A stretch of 64,000 nt of DNA from an uncultured delta proteobacterium (GCA_963706575.1 CAVPNL010000015.1:192001-256000), one strand, 5' to 3'; positions 28,902-38,686 are shown, counted from the stretch's first letter. Numbers and translations: made by a program. The notes: generated by a model from the sequence alone, not told the origin.

Positions 28902-31322
28902 ATGGGCAAGGTAAAAAAAGCCATACGCGCTTTGAAAAAGGAGGAAAAGGAGGAACAGGCCGCCAAAGAAGAGGTCAGCGCCGAGGACAGTATCCAAAAG
29001 GCCATGCTCAATCTCAACCAGAACATGAGCACACAGGAGCAGCGCACCTCGATTCCCTTTGAGGAATTTCTCAATGAACTGGTTGCCTATCCAAAAACGG
29101 TGACGCGCAATATTTTTCAGGTGTTTCACGACATGATGAAAGCCTATGTCGGAGAAGGCGTTGATGAATACCTCGATGATCCCGAATCCATCCAATATGC
29201 CAACTACGATTGCAGCAAACTGTTTGTGGAAGGAACAGACAATCCGTTTTTTGCGGACAGATTGTTTGCGAACCGGTTGGTCAAACTGGTAGAAGCCCTC
29301 AAGCGCGGCACCCAGCAAAACAAGATCTATATTTTTAAAGGCCCGCCAGGTTGCGGCAAAAGTACATTTTTAAACAATATGCTCACCAAGTTTGAGGAAT
29401 ATGCCAATACCGATGCCGGCTTGCGCTTTGAAACCGTCTGGCGCTTTGATCGCAAGATATTCGGCCAATTCAGAGATTATGAATCCCATCCCGTACTCAA
29501 GCAGCTATCCAGCCTGCTGGAGGGTTCCGCCCCGGATCTGAATGATTCTGACGGCAACAAAAGCTTGCTGGATTCGCCCGGCAACGCTGAAGAAATGCTC
29601 AATGATTCTCAAGCATCTTATATGGCGGAAGCCTATGTTGAAATCCCCTGCCCGAGTCACGACAATCCCCTGCTGATGATTCCCAAGCATTATCGGCGGG
29701 AATTTTTCGACGATTTATTCAAAAACGATAAATTCAAATGGCAGCTTTCCACCGAAAAAGAATTTGAGTGGGTGTTCAGGGATCAGCCCTGCACGATTTG
29801 CAGTTCACTGTATGACGCGCTTTTATACCGGCTCAAAAGCCCGCAAAGGGTCTTTGAGATGCTGTATGCGCGGCCGTATCGCTTCAGCCGGCGCCTGGGC
29901 GAGGGCATCAGTGTGTTTAACCCCGGCGATCAGCCCTTAAAGCAAAATGTGATGAGCAATATGATGCTCCAGCGGCGGATCAATAATTTACTGAGAGACA
30001 GCAACCGGGTCAAATACATCTTTTCCCAGTATGCCAAAACCAATAATGGGATTTATGCCCTGATGGACATCAAATCTCACAATACCGAGCGCTTAATTGA
30101 GCTGCACAACATTATCAGCGAAGGCATTCATAAAGTGGAGGACATCGAGGAAAACGTGAATTCCCTGCTGCTGGCGGTAATGAACCCTGAAGATGAAAAA
30201 AACATCCAGGGTTTTCAATCCTTCCTGGACCGCGTGGAATACATCAAAATTCCATATGTTATGGACCTGTCCACCGAAGTGGAGATCTACCGCAATATTT
30301 TCGGCCGGCACATTGATGAACGCTTTTTACCACGAGTGCTTCACAATTTTGCCCGGGTCATCATTTCCACCCGTCTGAATGCCAAATCCGACGCGATGCT
30401 GGACTGGATCAGTGAGCCGGCGAGTTATCGTCTTTTTTGTGATGAGAATTTACAACTGCTTAAAATGGAAATCTACACCGGATATATCCCCCCCTGGCTG
30501 TTGAGAAAAGACCGCAAGCGTCTGACCGCCAAGCGGCGGCGTAAAATTATTGCCGAATCGGAAACTGAAGGCGAGAAAGGCATCTCCGGACGGGATTCCA
30601 TTAATATTTTCAATAGGTTTTTCTCGACCTATGCCAAAGAAGACAAACTCATCAATATGTCGGACCTGTGTAACTTTTTCACCAAAGCCCGCAAAGAAAT
30701 TAGAGATTTTATACCCCAGGGATTTTTGGATTCACTGCTGCGGATGTATGATTACACGATCTTACAGGAAGTCAAAGAATCTCTCTATTATTACAATGAA
30801 GAGCAGATTGCCAGAGAGATTAAAAACTACCTGTTCGCAATTAATTTTGAAATTGGCTCGACTGAAACCTGCACCTACACCGGGGAGAAACTGGAAATTA
30901 CCGAAGAATTTCTGGAAAATATTGAAGGCAAGTTGTTGGGTCCCAAAGCGGAACGAAGTCAACGCCTCGTATTTCGGGATGAAACCCAGAAAGAATACAC
31001 CACCAAGACGCTGACCCAGGAGATCATGGTGGAGAACGTTCCAATAGCAGAAACAAAGATTTGTCAGTCCATGCACGACCGTTATGTGCACAACTTGAAG
31101 GAAAAAGTGCTGGATCCCTTTCTTAAAAACGAAAACTTTCGCCGCGCCATCAAAGATTACGATCAAGAGGATTTTAAAACCTACGATAAGCGGATCAGAG
31201 ACGATGTCACCTATCTGATCAATAATTTATGCGAAAAATGCAGATATACGGAACAGGGCGCCAAGGAAATATGCATTTACGTGATTGACAACGACCTGGC
31301 AAAGAAGTTTGCCGAAGCCTAA
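28902..31322 (+). CDS. prkA: PrkA/YeaG-family AAA+ protein, copy 2
   Basis: Walker A GPPGCGKS, CPSHDNPL, AVMNPED, FLDR..YIKIPY, EGEKGISGR. Confidence 0.82.
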   Translation: MGKVKKAIRALKKEEKEEQAAKEEVSAEDSIQKAMLNLNQNMSTQEQRTSIPFEEFLNELVAYPKTVTRNIFQVFHDMMKAYVGEGVDEYLDDPESIQYANYDCSKLFVEGTDNPFFADRLFANRLVKLVEALKRGTQQNKIYIFKGPPGCGKSTFLNNMLTKFEEYANTDAGLRFETVWRFDRKIFGQFRDYESHPVLKQLSSLLEGSAPDLNDSDGNKSLLDSPGNAEEMLNDSQASYMAEAYVEIPCPSHDNPLLMIPKHYRREFFDDLFKNDKFKWQLSTEKEFEWVFRDQPCTICSSLYDALLYRLKSPQRVFEMLYARPYRFSRRLGEGISVFNPGDQPLKQNVMSNMMLQRRINNLLRDSNRVKYIFSQYAKTNNGIYALMDIKSHNTERLIELHNIISEGIHKVEDIEENVNSLLLAVMNPEDEKNIQGFQSFLDRVEYIKIPYVMDLSTEVEIYRNIFGRHIDERFLPRVLHNFARVIISTRLNAKSDAMLDWISEPASYRLFCDENLQLLKMEIYTGYIPPWLLRKDRKRLTAKRRRKIIAESETEGEKGISGRDSINIFNRFFSTYAKEDKLINMSDLCNFFTKARKEIRDFIPQGFLDSLLRMYDYTILQEVKESLYYYNEEQIAREIKNYLFAINFEIGSTETCTYTGEKLEITEEFLENIEGKLLGPKAERSQRLVFRDETQKEYTTKTLTQEIMVENVPIAETKICQSMHDRYVHNLKEKVLDPFLKNENFRRAIKDYDQEDFKTYDKRIRDDVTYLINNLCEKCRYTEQGAKEICIYVIDNDLAKKFAEA

Positions 31323-31413
31323 CGAGGGTGGTATTATGGAGTCTTATAATTCTGAGATTAGAACCTAAAAAAAATTGTAGTATATCTAATATCGATTGAG
31401 TCCTTCCTTTAAA

Positions 31414-31546
31414 AAATTCCCAAGCACCAAATAACAAATATCAAACAATATCCAAATTCCAATCTCCAATGATCCAAACATGTTTTAGATTTGATTCATT
31501 GTATTTTGAGATTTGTTTGGAATTTGAGTTTTGTCATTTGGGATTT
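31414..31546. repeat. Inverted array of 7-bp repeats (CCAAATN / ATTTGG)
   Basis: caagcac caaataa caaatat caaacaa ... atttgtttggaatttgagttttgtcatttgggattt. Confidence 0.7.
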
Positions 31547-31553
31547 AGCAAAT

Positions 31554-31733
31554 TCATTTGTTTTGTATCTGCGCTTTAAGACAGTCGCAGTATTCGTCGA
31601 AAATAAAATACATACAGCGATGTTCATAGCTTGATTTTTCAAAAAAGCTGCACTTTTCCTGTTGTTTGGAATCTTCAGCGCTGCAGATGGACATTTTTTC
31701 CTTTTTGCAGTAGTTGGTTTCAGATCTGCTCAT
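31554..31733 (-). CDS. Small Cys-rich hypothetical protein (59 aa, 6 Cys)
   Basis: Below the track cutoff; SD AGGAGG; MSRSETNYCKKEKMSICSAEDSKQQEKCSFFEKSSYEHRCMYFIFDEYCDCLKAQIQNK. Confidence 0.7.
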   Translation of the reverse strand: MSRSETNYCKKEKMSICSAEDSKQQEKCSFFEKSSYEHRCMYFIFDEYCDCLKAQIQNK

Positions 31734-31781
31734 CTCGGCCTCCTGATCCAGGCTTCGTAACGGTTATTACCATATCTAAAA

Positions 31782-31798
31782 AGCAGAATTCATGCCAA
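31782..31798 (-). promoter_or_regulatory. sigma54 promoter of the small Cys-rich ORF
   Basis: Minus strand TTGGCATGAATTCTGCT = GG-N10-GC, about 50 bp upstream of the ATG; palindrome GTCAA-N4-TTGAC at 31897-31910 is a possible UAS. Confidence 0.7.
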
Positions 31799-32071
31799 TT
31801 TGTTCAGCAATCCGAATCTTTTTTATTTCACGAATAAGTGCGACAGGTTAGCTAAATTCAGGGTTGGGATAGCCTTTGCAGGATTGGCTAAATGTTGTCA
31901 AATCATTGACCATCACGGGTATCGGCGCATGAAAGCGAGTTAATCCATCGTTTGTGGGTAACAATGCCCGAACGCTGAAAGTCGATACTTCAGGTTGAAC
32001 TTTAACGTTAATCTGATTATGTTATCCTTAATTCCGGCAAATTTTACCGCTTATTAAACCTGAATCTTGCA

Positions 32072-32168
32072 CGAGTCGGAGGCTTTCATATGCAAGGCAC
32101 TTAAGGGCGCAGCCATAGTAAACTATTGCAAGCCCTTAATAACGCAGCAGATGGAAGACTCCGGCTCG
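32072..32168. repeat. Long imperfect hairpin element (MITE-like)
   Basis: CGAGTCGGAG ... CTCCGGCTCG outer stem, inner TTAAGGGC / GCCCTTAA and ATAGT-AA-ACTAT. Confidence 0.6.
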
Positions 32169-32342
32169 CCCATCGGGTGAAAATTAATGACATAAAATGA
32201 TTTTTATCCATTATAATTGGTTAGGATTTTGGTTTGTTTCAGAAGATTGTTTAACTTGTTGTTATTAAATGTAATTTTAATTTCTCATTAATTTTCATGC
32301 ACGATACAGGTTGAATATATTTTCTCATAGGATGGGAAAAAG

Positions 32343-33137
32343 ATGGAATGGCTTGAAGAAAAAAAGCGCCAGGCGCAAATTAACAACATCCCCAAAAATG
32401 CCGAGAAGGCCTACTTCGGTTATGAGCGCATTAACACCGTGGATAAAACCGATCGGGTTTTACAGCATTTTAGCTCTGTCGCCCGTCATTATGATTTTAT
32501 GAATACCCTGTTAAGTTTCGGTATTCATTACGCCTGGAAGCGTACCGCCGTCAGAATGTTAAAATTGGCTCCCGGAGACCGCATACTGGACGTGTGCGGC
32601 GGAACCGGTGACCTGGCAATTCTGGCCGCCAGAGTGATCGGTCCGGCGGGCCGCGTGGTTATTTACGATATCAACCGCGCTATGATCCAGGCCGGCATAC
32701 ATAAAGTGATCGACACCAAAATTAAAGATCGCCTGGGGTATATACAGGGAAACGCCGAGTCCATTTCTTTTCCCGACTGTCATTTTGATACCGCAATGGT
32801 GGGATTCGGTATCCGCAATGTCACCCATATGAAAAAGGGATTTGAAGAAATGTACCGCGTGTTAAAGCCCGGTGGGAAAATGATGTGCCTGGAGTTTTCC
32901 AAACCGATCTGGCCGGTTTTTCGCTGGCTATATGATTTTTACTCATTTTATATCATGCCGTTTCTGGGCCAGCTGATTGCCGGCAACCGGAAAGCTTACA
33001 CGCATCTGCCGGAATCCATTCGTATGTTTCCGCTGCCGGATGAATTGTCAGAAATACTCAAAAAAATCGGTTTTTCGCAGGTAACCTACCGCAGCCTGAC
33101 CAACGGAATCGCCGTCATTCATCTGGCAGTCAAGTAA
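32343..33137 (+). CDS. ubiE: UbiE/MenG demethylmenaquinone methyltransferase
   Basis: YDFMNTLLSFGIH..WK, LDVCGGTGD, FGIRNV, RVLKPGG..CLEFS, Y.HL.ESI..FP. Confidence 0.92.
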   Translation: MEWLEEKKRQAQINNIPKNAEKAYFGYERINTVDKTDRVLQHFSSVARHYDFMNTLLSFGIHYAWKRTAVRMLKLAPGDRILDVCGGTGDLAILAARVIGPAGRVVIYDINRAMIQAGIHKVIDTKIKDRLGYIQGNAESISFPDCHFDTAMVGFGIRNVTHMKKGFEEMYRVLKPGGKMMCLEFSKPIWPVFRWLYDFYSFYIMPFLGQLIAGNRKAYTHLPESIRMFPLPDELSEILKKIGFSQVTYRSLTNGIAVIHLAVK

Positions 33138-33159
33138 GCGAGGTTTTCAACCAAGGCGA

Positions 33160-33223
33160 ATCGCGGCCGGAGGCCGCTCCCACAGGCGAATGAGAGGCTG
33201 TGGGAGCGGCCTCCGGCCGCGAT
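33160..33223. repeat. REP doublet (perfect 26-bp inverted repeat)
   Basis: ATCGCGGCCGGAGGCCGCTCCCACAG-N12-CTGTGGGAGCGGCCTCCGGCCGCGAT. Confidence 0.85.
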
Positions 33224-33252
33224 CGAATAAAAAACCGAGAGAACTGAAAAGA

Positions 33253-33903
33253 ATGAAACTGAGCTTCTCCGAACGCTGGTTTGTAAACAGCCCGGCAAGA
33301 CGAATCGGGCAGCATCTGGTGATGCAGTGGTTTAAAAGAACGGTGGCTTTAAAGGCCGGTACCACAATATTAGAAGTGGGTTGCGGCCGCGGTGTCGGCG
33401 CCAAACTCATTTACGAAACCTACCAGCCCGCCCAGCTTCATCTTCTGGATTTAGACATTCGAATGATCAAAAAAGCCGCCCGGCGGTTAAACGGCGAAAA
33501 TGAAAAGCCCATCTCTTTTTGTGCCGGAGATGCCGCCAGACTACCGATAAGAGATGATTCTTTAGACGCGGTCTTCGGTTTTGGGTTTTTGCATCACGTT
33601 TCGGCCTGGCGGGATGGCCTGGCTGAAGTCGCCCGGGTGCTGAGACGCGGCGGGGTCTATTTCATGGAAGAATATTACCCCAGCCTTTATCAAAATTTTA
33701 TTACCAAGCATATCCTGGTCCACCCGGAGGTTGATCGCTTTAACAGCCAGGATTTACATCAGGCATTTCAAAATGCCAGCCTGACCTTAACGCATACCTT
33801 TGAATTAAAACGCATGGGAATCCTGGGCGTGGGCGTCAAGGCTGACAGCCGGTCCATCTCCTGCAAGCAACATGAAGATGCCTGTCAGGTGGTCTTAGAC
33901 TGA
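33253..33903 (+). CDS. Class I SAM-dependent methyltransferase
   Basis: LEVGCGRG, GDA..LP, D.VF.FGFLHHV, RVLRRGG; start moved downstream of the REP. Confidence 0.85.
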   Translation: MKLSFSERWFVNSPARRIGQHLVMQWFKRTVALKAGTTILEVGCGRGVGAKLIYETYQPAQLHLLDLDIRMIKKAARRLNGENEKPISFCAGDAARLPIRDDSLDAVFGFGFLHHVSAWRDGLAEVARVLRRGGVYFMEEYYPSLYQNFITKHILVHPEVDRFNSQDLHQAFQNASLTLTHTFELKRMGILGVGVKADSRSISCKQHEDACQVVLD

Positions 33904-33982
33904 GCATATGCCGGATGCCTGCTCAATGCCCAGAACCCTGTGATGCTTATTTCATATCTGCAAAATTGGTAGGGAGGAAATT

Positions 33983-35491
33983 ATGATTATCGGCAGACTG
34001 CTCAATAGACACGCAAAATTTCGCCGCAAACATCCGGCACTTATTTTCGGCGACGAACGACTCACCTTTGGATCTTTGAATTCCCGTGTCAACCAATTGG
34101 CCAACGGTTTCTTAAAATTGGGTATAAAAAAAGGAGACAAAGTCGCGACCGTTTTAAATAATTGCGTTGAACTTCTGGAAGTTTTTTGGGCAACTGTCAA
34201 AATCGGTGCGGTCGCTGTTCCGCTAAGTCCACTTCTTCGCGGAAAGGGTCTTTCGAGCCTGATTCGGGATTCGGATGCGGTTTTGGTCATTACCGAGTCC
34301 GAGGCTGCAGAAATTTTAAACGCCGTAAAGCCGGATCTGTCCCATATTCCTTCGGAGCGTTATTATACCGTTTCCGGTGAGCATCCCGGTTACATGGATT
34401 ATCAGACCCTCAAAGTCGGTTCGAAAGACATCGAACCGGAGGAAATAGAAATTCTTCCGGATGATCCAGTCAACATCATTTACAGCAGCGGCACCACCGG
34501 ACTGCCCAAGGGAATCGTCCATACCCACTATATTCGAGGACTCTACTGTTCGACCTTTGCCTCGTCGTGGCGCATGAGCCCCGAGTCTATCTGTTTGCAC
34601 ACGGGCTCGGTCATCTTCAACGGTGCGTTCATGCTTATGATGCCCGCTATGTACCTCGGTTCAACTTTCATTTTTGGACGTCACTTAGACGGCCCACAGC
34701 TTGTCGAAATTGTTGAAAAAGAAAAGATAACTCATGTTACAACTGTTCCAGCCCAAATGATTGCCATGCTCAATGCACCTAATTTTTCTGCTAAAGCCCT
34801 GTCTTCAATAGAAGCGATTTGCTGCATGGGCGCCCCGCTCCATAAAAAGCACAAGGAAATGTGGGATCGGCGATTGCCCGGCACTTTTTACGAAGCCTAT
34901 GGATTAACGGAAGGATTTTTTACCGTTCTGGACAAATACGATTATGAAAAAAAGCCTGATTCCGTTGGATGCCCAACACCTTTTTCGGATATTAGAATTG
35001 TTGATGATCAGGGGCAAGAAATGCCGGCCGGGGAAGTGGGCGAAATCATCGGTCGTGGTCCTCTCGCAATGGCGGGCTATTATAAACAGCCGGAGCTTAC
35101 CAGCCAAACCATTATAAATGGATGGATCTACAGCGGTGACTTAGGCTTCACGGATGATGAGGGTTACCTGCATCTAGTGGATCGAAAGAAGGACATGATC
35201 ATTTCCGGTGGTATCAACGTCTATCCAAGAGATATTGAAGAAGTTATTATTCAGCATCCGTCTGTTCGAGAGGTTGCGGTATATGGCGTTGCCAGCGAAA
35301 AATGGGGGGAAACACCGGTAGCGGCAGTGATTTTGCAGCAGGAAGCGACAGCCGCCCCCCGAGAACTCCTGCAATGGGTTAACGAGCGCGTAGAGGCGCG
35401 TTTTCAGAAAGTAAAAGAAGTCGTCATAGTCGATGAATTCCCGAGGACCGCAACCGGCAAAGTTCTCAAACGGACCCTGCGCGATATGTAA
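33983..35491 (+). CDS. AMP-forming acyl-CoA synthetase
   Basis: YSSGTTGLPKG, YGLTE, SGDLG, DRKKDMIISGG, PRTATGK; SD GGAGG. Confidence 0.92.
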   Translation: MIIGRLLNRHAKFRRKHPALIFGDERLTFGSLNSRVNQLANGFLKLGIKKGDKVATVLNNCVELLEVFWATVKIGAVAVPLSPLLRGKGLSSLIRDSDAVLVITESEAAEILNAVKPDLSHIPSERYYTVSGEHPGYMDYQTLKVGSKDIEPEEIEILPDDPVNIIYSSGTTGLPKGIVHTHYIRGLYCSTFASSWRMSPESICLHTGSVIFNGAFMLMMPAMYLGSTFIFGRHLDGPQLVEIVEKEKITHVTTVPAQMIAMLNAPNFSAKALSSIEAICCMGAPLHKKHKEMWDRRLPGTFYEAYGLTEGFFTVLDKYDYEKKPDSVGCPTPFSDIRIVDDQGQEMPAGEVGEIIGRGPLAMAGYYKQPELTSQTIINGWIYSGDLGFTDDEGYLHLVDRKKDMIISGGINVYPRDIEEVIIQHPSVREVAVYGVASEKWGETPVAAVILQQEATAAPRELLQWVNERVEARFQKVKEVVIVDEFPRTATGKVLKRTLRDM

Positions 35492-35717
35492 TGGAAATAC
35501 TTCGTCTATCTGTACTATTGGTATTTTTCAGGTATTCTCAATGTATCTATATTTTGATGTATCGGGTATCGGTGATTTATGGTAGATGTAATTTGCGCTC
35601 AGCAGAGTTTTTAGGAAATTAGAAGGTCACAAATTTTTTGCTATATAAAATCTATGATATTGAATATCGTAGATTCCGCCTACTCTATGTTAGATTTTTG
35701 AAGAAGAAATAAATCAA

Positions 35718-36023
35718 ATGAAAATCTCAGACTGGCTAGATGAAAAAGAAGCAGAAAACGTGGATGTATCTCAAATTGAATTGCCCAAAGATATTTCTTT
35801 TGATGCTGTCCCAGATGAAACTCTTTATTTCAAAGAAGATAATCCTTGTGGGTTTCTCTGTACAGATGACCATCCCTTTTCTAAGGTCGAACGATTTGGG
35901 CATTGGTTTTTAAGCAAAGGTCAAGACAGGCAAGCAGGTATTCATTCATCAAAGATGAAGTGGCGCTTGTTTACAAGGGACAAAGCGCTAGCTCTCAAAA
36001 CGGCTAAAGAACACATAGAATAA
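35718..36023 (+). CDS. Hypothetical protein in a putative gene cassette
   Basis: AT-rich 101-aa ORF between GTTAGAT (35689) and an attC-like site. Confidence 0.65.
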   Translation: MKISDWLDEKEAENVDVSQIELPKDISFDAVPDETLYFKEDNPCGFLCTDDHPFSKVERFGHWFLSKGQDRQAGIHSSKMKWRLFTRDKALALKTAKEHIE

Positions 36024-36038
36024 AAATGCGAATAAGAA

Positions 36039-36092
36039 TTCTAACCAGTTAATCCAGCAGGTGCTACCCCTCCGCTGATTAATCTGATCATT
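36039..36092 (+). mobile_element. attC-like site
   Basis: TTCTAAC-CAGTT-AATCCAG ... CTGATT-AATCT-GATCATT; extra C in the left L box. Confidence 0.55.
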
Positions 36093-36168
36093 CTCGATAC
36101 CTCCAACATATCAACGGTTTTGGATCATCAAAATTGCTGTGATATTCGATTTTAATCACAACTCAGAG

Positions 36169-36202
36169 AGGGTAAATCCGAACCTGTGGATTTGCCCTTT
36201 TT
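36169..36202 (+). terminator. Intrinsic terminator
   Basis: AGGGTAAATCC-loop-GGATTTGCCCT-TTTT. Confidence 0.6.
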
Positions 36203-36296
36203 GATAGGGAAACTGAATGGGGTAGCAGTCATGAAAGTATGCATCTCTTTCTGATAAATTCAGTTATGCTTGTCCAGTGATAAAATAAATCCTTGC

Positions 36297-36366
36297 CAGT
36301 TCATGGCGGAAAACGACGACTCATGACTCCAGAGGGACAGTTCATGGCGGAAAACGACATCTCATG
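36297..36366. repeat. 29-bp direct repeat, two copies, 41-bp period
   Basis: CAGTTCATGGCGGAAAACGAC(GA/AT)CTCATG at 36297 and 36338. Confidence 0.8.
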
Positions 36367-36570
36367 TGGAGCTTAGCAGCAACATAAGACAAAACAATTC
36401 TTTAAATTTTAAAATAAAACCCATAAACAGGCGCGAGAATAATTTGAAAAGACCAAACCGGCTTTTAGGGCTTTAGATCTTGTTCGAGGGCTCCCGCCAA
36501 AAGCGGGATTTCACGTCTTGATTTAATATATTAAGGTGTTCAAAAGGCGCGAAAATAATTTGACAATACT

Positions 36571-36714
36571 AAAATCGTTTCTGAACGCTTAGATTTTGGT
36601 TCAGGGTAAGGCGTCCCGTGAATTGAAAACGGAGCGTACACGGAGTACGTGAGTATTTCAATTCGCGGGACAACGCAGCCCTGTGCCAAAAGATGAGCGT
36701 TCAGAAACGATTTT
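36571..36714. mobile_element. MITE-like element with 19-bp perfect terminal inverted repeats
   Basis: AAAATCGTTTCTGAACGCT ... AGCGTTCAGAAACGATTTT; interior pairs along most of its length; abuts the stop codon at 36714. Confidence 0.7.
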
Positions 36715-37433
36715 CAGTGTTTTTCCACGGGGAAGGTTAGGAAGGCCCCAAACCAACCAATAACGACCACGATCGGAAACAGAGATAAAACAAGCAGCAA
36801 ATAAATAAGATTGGCTCCCTGGATGGATTCCATCACCTGCGGTACCTTCAAACGCCAGATGAAGGCAATAATCTGGACTGCCAGCAGAATCAACGCGAAC
36901 GTTAACTTTATGTTCACCGCCCGAAGCGGTTTGGCCATGTAGTTAAGCCACCAGGTGTATAATCCGGTAACAATGGCAACGACCGTAAATAATATGCCGG
37001 CGCCCAGACTATGCAGGGCGGTGACCTCCAGTGATTTAATACCGAAAATCAGGTACAGGATAGTGAAAATCGTTGTGGAAAACGAAAACACAATGGGAAA
37101 GTGCACGGTCATGGGATGGGGATGACGCCTGAGCATGGGAACTTTTTCCAACAGCCAGGCCAATGAGCGGGGAATCTCTAACTCAGCAACGTCTGCCGCC
37201 TCTTTTTTAAGCGTACCGACCTGTGGAAATCTTTCCAATACATCGTGTTCATGCGGCGCCCCCTGAATATCGACTGTCATATCCCGGCCCGCATGGTGGC
37301 GTTTCATGTGAAGCCCATTGCGCCATAGTTTGCTGTCGCTAATATCATATACTTTCCCTTTATAAGCAACATAGACGGGCCTTCCGTCGTTACCATCGAA
37401 TTTTTCCAGCTCGGCAATATCAAATTCCTGCAT
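36714..37433 (-). CDS. Cytochrome b5-like heme-binding domain plus DUF2231 membrane domain
   Basis: FDG.DGRPVYVAYKGKVYDIS.S.LW..G.H...H.AG.D..APH; HPMTVHFPI followed by four TM helices; SD GGAGG. Confidence 0.88.
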   Translation of the reverse strand: MQEFDIAELEKFDGNDGRPVYVAYKGKVYDISDSKLWRNGLHMKRHHAGRDMTVDIQGAPHEHDVLERFPQVGTLKKEAADVAELEIPRSLAWLLEKVPMLRRHPHPMTVHFPIVFSFSTTIFTILYLIFGIKSLEVTALHSLGAGILFTVVAIVTGLYTWWLNYMAKPLRAVNIKLTFALILLAVQIIAFIWRLKVPQVMESIQGANLIYLLLVLSLFPIVVVIGWFGAFLTFPVEKH

Positions 37434-37458
37434 AAATGTCCTCCACATAAAGGTTGAC

Positions 37459-38415
37459 TCAAATTATCAGTTTGATGACGACAACAGCAAGAAGCGCCAG
37501 CGGATAATAACTGGCTTTGTTGAAAAGAATCAAAGCATGCGAACTTTCTTCGGATTGATATAACTTGATGGTCGGCATCAACAGAAAATAAAACCCCACA
37601 AAAGCAAAGGCAATTATAAATGGAAGCTCGAAAGTAATCGGGGATAAAATCAGCATGATGCCCGATAAAATAACTGTCAGAATAATGGAACCGAAAATAA
37701 TGACGTTGGCCTCTTCAATCCCGAAGCGAATAGGGACAGTGCGGGCCCCGAAACGGACATCTTCTTCTATATCGATCCAATCATTGGGAACATTCTGGCC
37801 GCCGATTTCCCAGAAGAAGATTAAAAAAAATAAAACAATCAGATAAGGTACAAATGGATTCGGATCGACGGCAAACACAGCAGCGATCGGGCCGGCGGCT
37901 TTAACGACTCCGCTGAGAAGCGTGCGCGAAGGGCTGATGTTCCACATTAAGCAATAGACGGTTTCAAGGATACAGCCGCCAACAAATATAAAAACACATA
38001 TCGGGTTTAACAGATAGGCGCCGATTAAGGCTAAAAGCGCCCAGGCCACTGACCAAACAAGTCCTTCTTTAAAGCTCAGGAGTCCGCGCGCCATCGGGTA
38101 GCGCACAAGCTTCGCATCGAGATCTTCACAATCCTCAATGCCCCGCAAATTTCCCTGTTGGACTTTCTTTTTATCGGAACGGTAGCCGACAACGTCATTG
38201 AGGGCATAAACTGCGGTATAGCCTGCAAAGACCGTAATCAGCCCCAGACCGATTATTTTAAATGAAGGGAAATGGCCCAGCCACAGCAGTGAAGCCAGGG
38301 CAGCGGTGCACATGTCCAGCAGCCCGTGGGGGGTTCTGGAGAGTGCCCAGAAAAGCTTCAGGCGGGCAATGCCTGTAAAATCATACTGGCACGAGGTTTC
38401 GGCCATCGACTTCAT
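37459..38415 (-). CDS. UbiA-family prenyltransferase
   Basis: YALNDVVGYRSD and NDWIDIEED..G..TVP Asp-rich motifs; polytopic. Confidence 0.85.
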   Translation of the reverse strand: MKSMAETSCQYDFTGIARLKLFWALSRTPHGLLDMCTAALASLLWLGHFPSFKIIGLGLITVFAGYTAVYALNDVVGYRSDKKKVQQGNLRGIEDCEDLDAKLVRYPMARGLLSFKEGLVWSVAWALLALIGAYLLNPICVFIFVGGCILETVYCLMWNISPSRTLLSGVVKAAGPIAAVFAVDPNPFVPYLIVLFFLIFFWEIGGQNVPNDWIDIEEDVRFGARTVPIRFGIEEANVIIFGSIILTVILSGIMLILSPITFELPFIIAFAFVGFYFLLMPTIKLYQSEESSHALILFNKASYYPLALLAVVVIKLII

Positions 38416-38423
38416 CCTTGCAG

Positions 38424-38630
38424 TTATTCTTTCAGCTTGCAGTCTTCATCCCATTCCGGGCAGGCAGACTTCATTTCAGCCTTATATTGTTCCATACATT
38501 CACCGCATTCCATGTCAAAATTAGGAACATCACCATATTTTTCTTTGATCTCCTGGGGTGACAGTACGGTTAGCTCGGTACATCCGCATTGCGGACAGGC
38601 GGTTTTAATCCGGTAATTCTCTCTGGCCAT
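38424..38630 (-). CDS. Small Cys-rich (zinc-ribbon-like) protein
   Basis: CPQCGC, CGEC, CPEWDEDC; start moved to 38630 (SD AGGAG). Confidence 0.75.
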   Translation of the reverse strand: MARENYRIKTACPQCGCTELTVLSPQEIKEKYGDVPNFDMECGECMEQYKAEMKSACPEWDEDCKLKE

Positions 38631-38686
38631 ATGGTTTCTCCTTTTTCTTAAAATGGCAAAATCTTTTTTTATAGCAATATTAAGTA

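Noticed and set aside
36297..36366. Possible mini-CRISPR
   Set aside because: Only two copies, 12-bp spacer, no cas genes.
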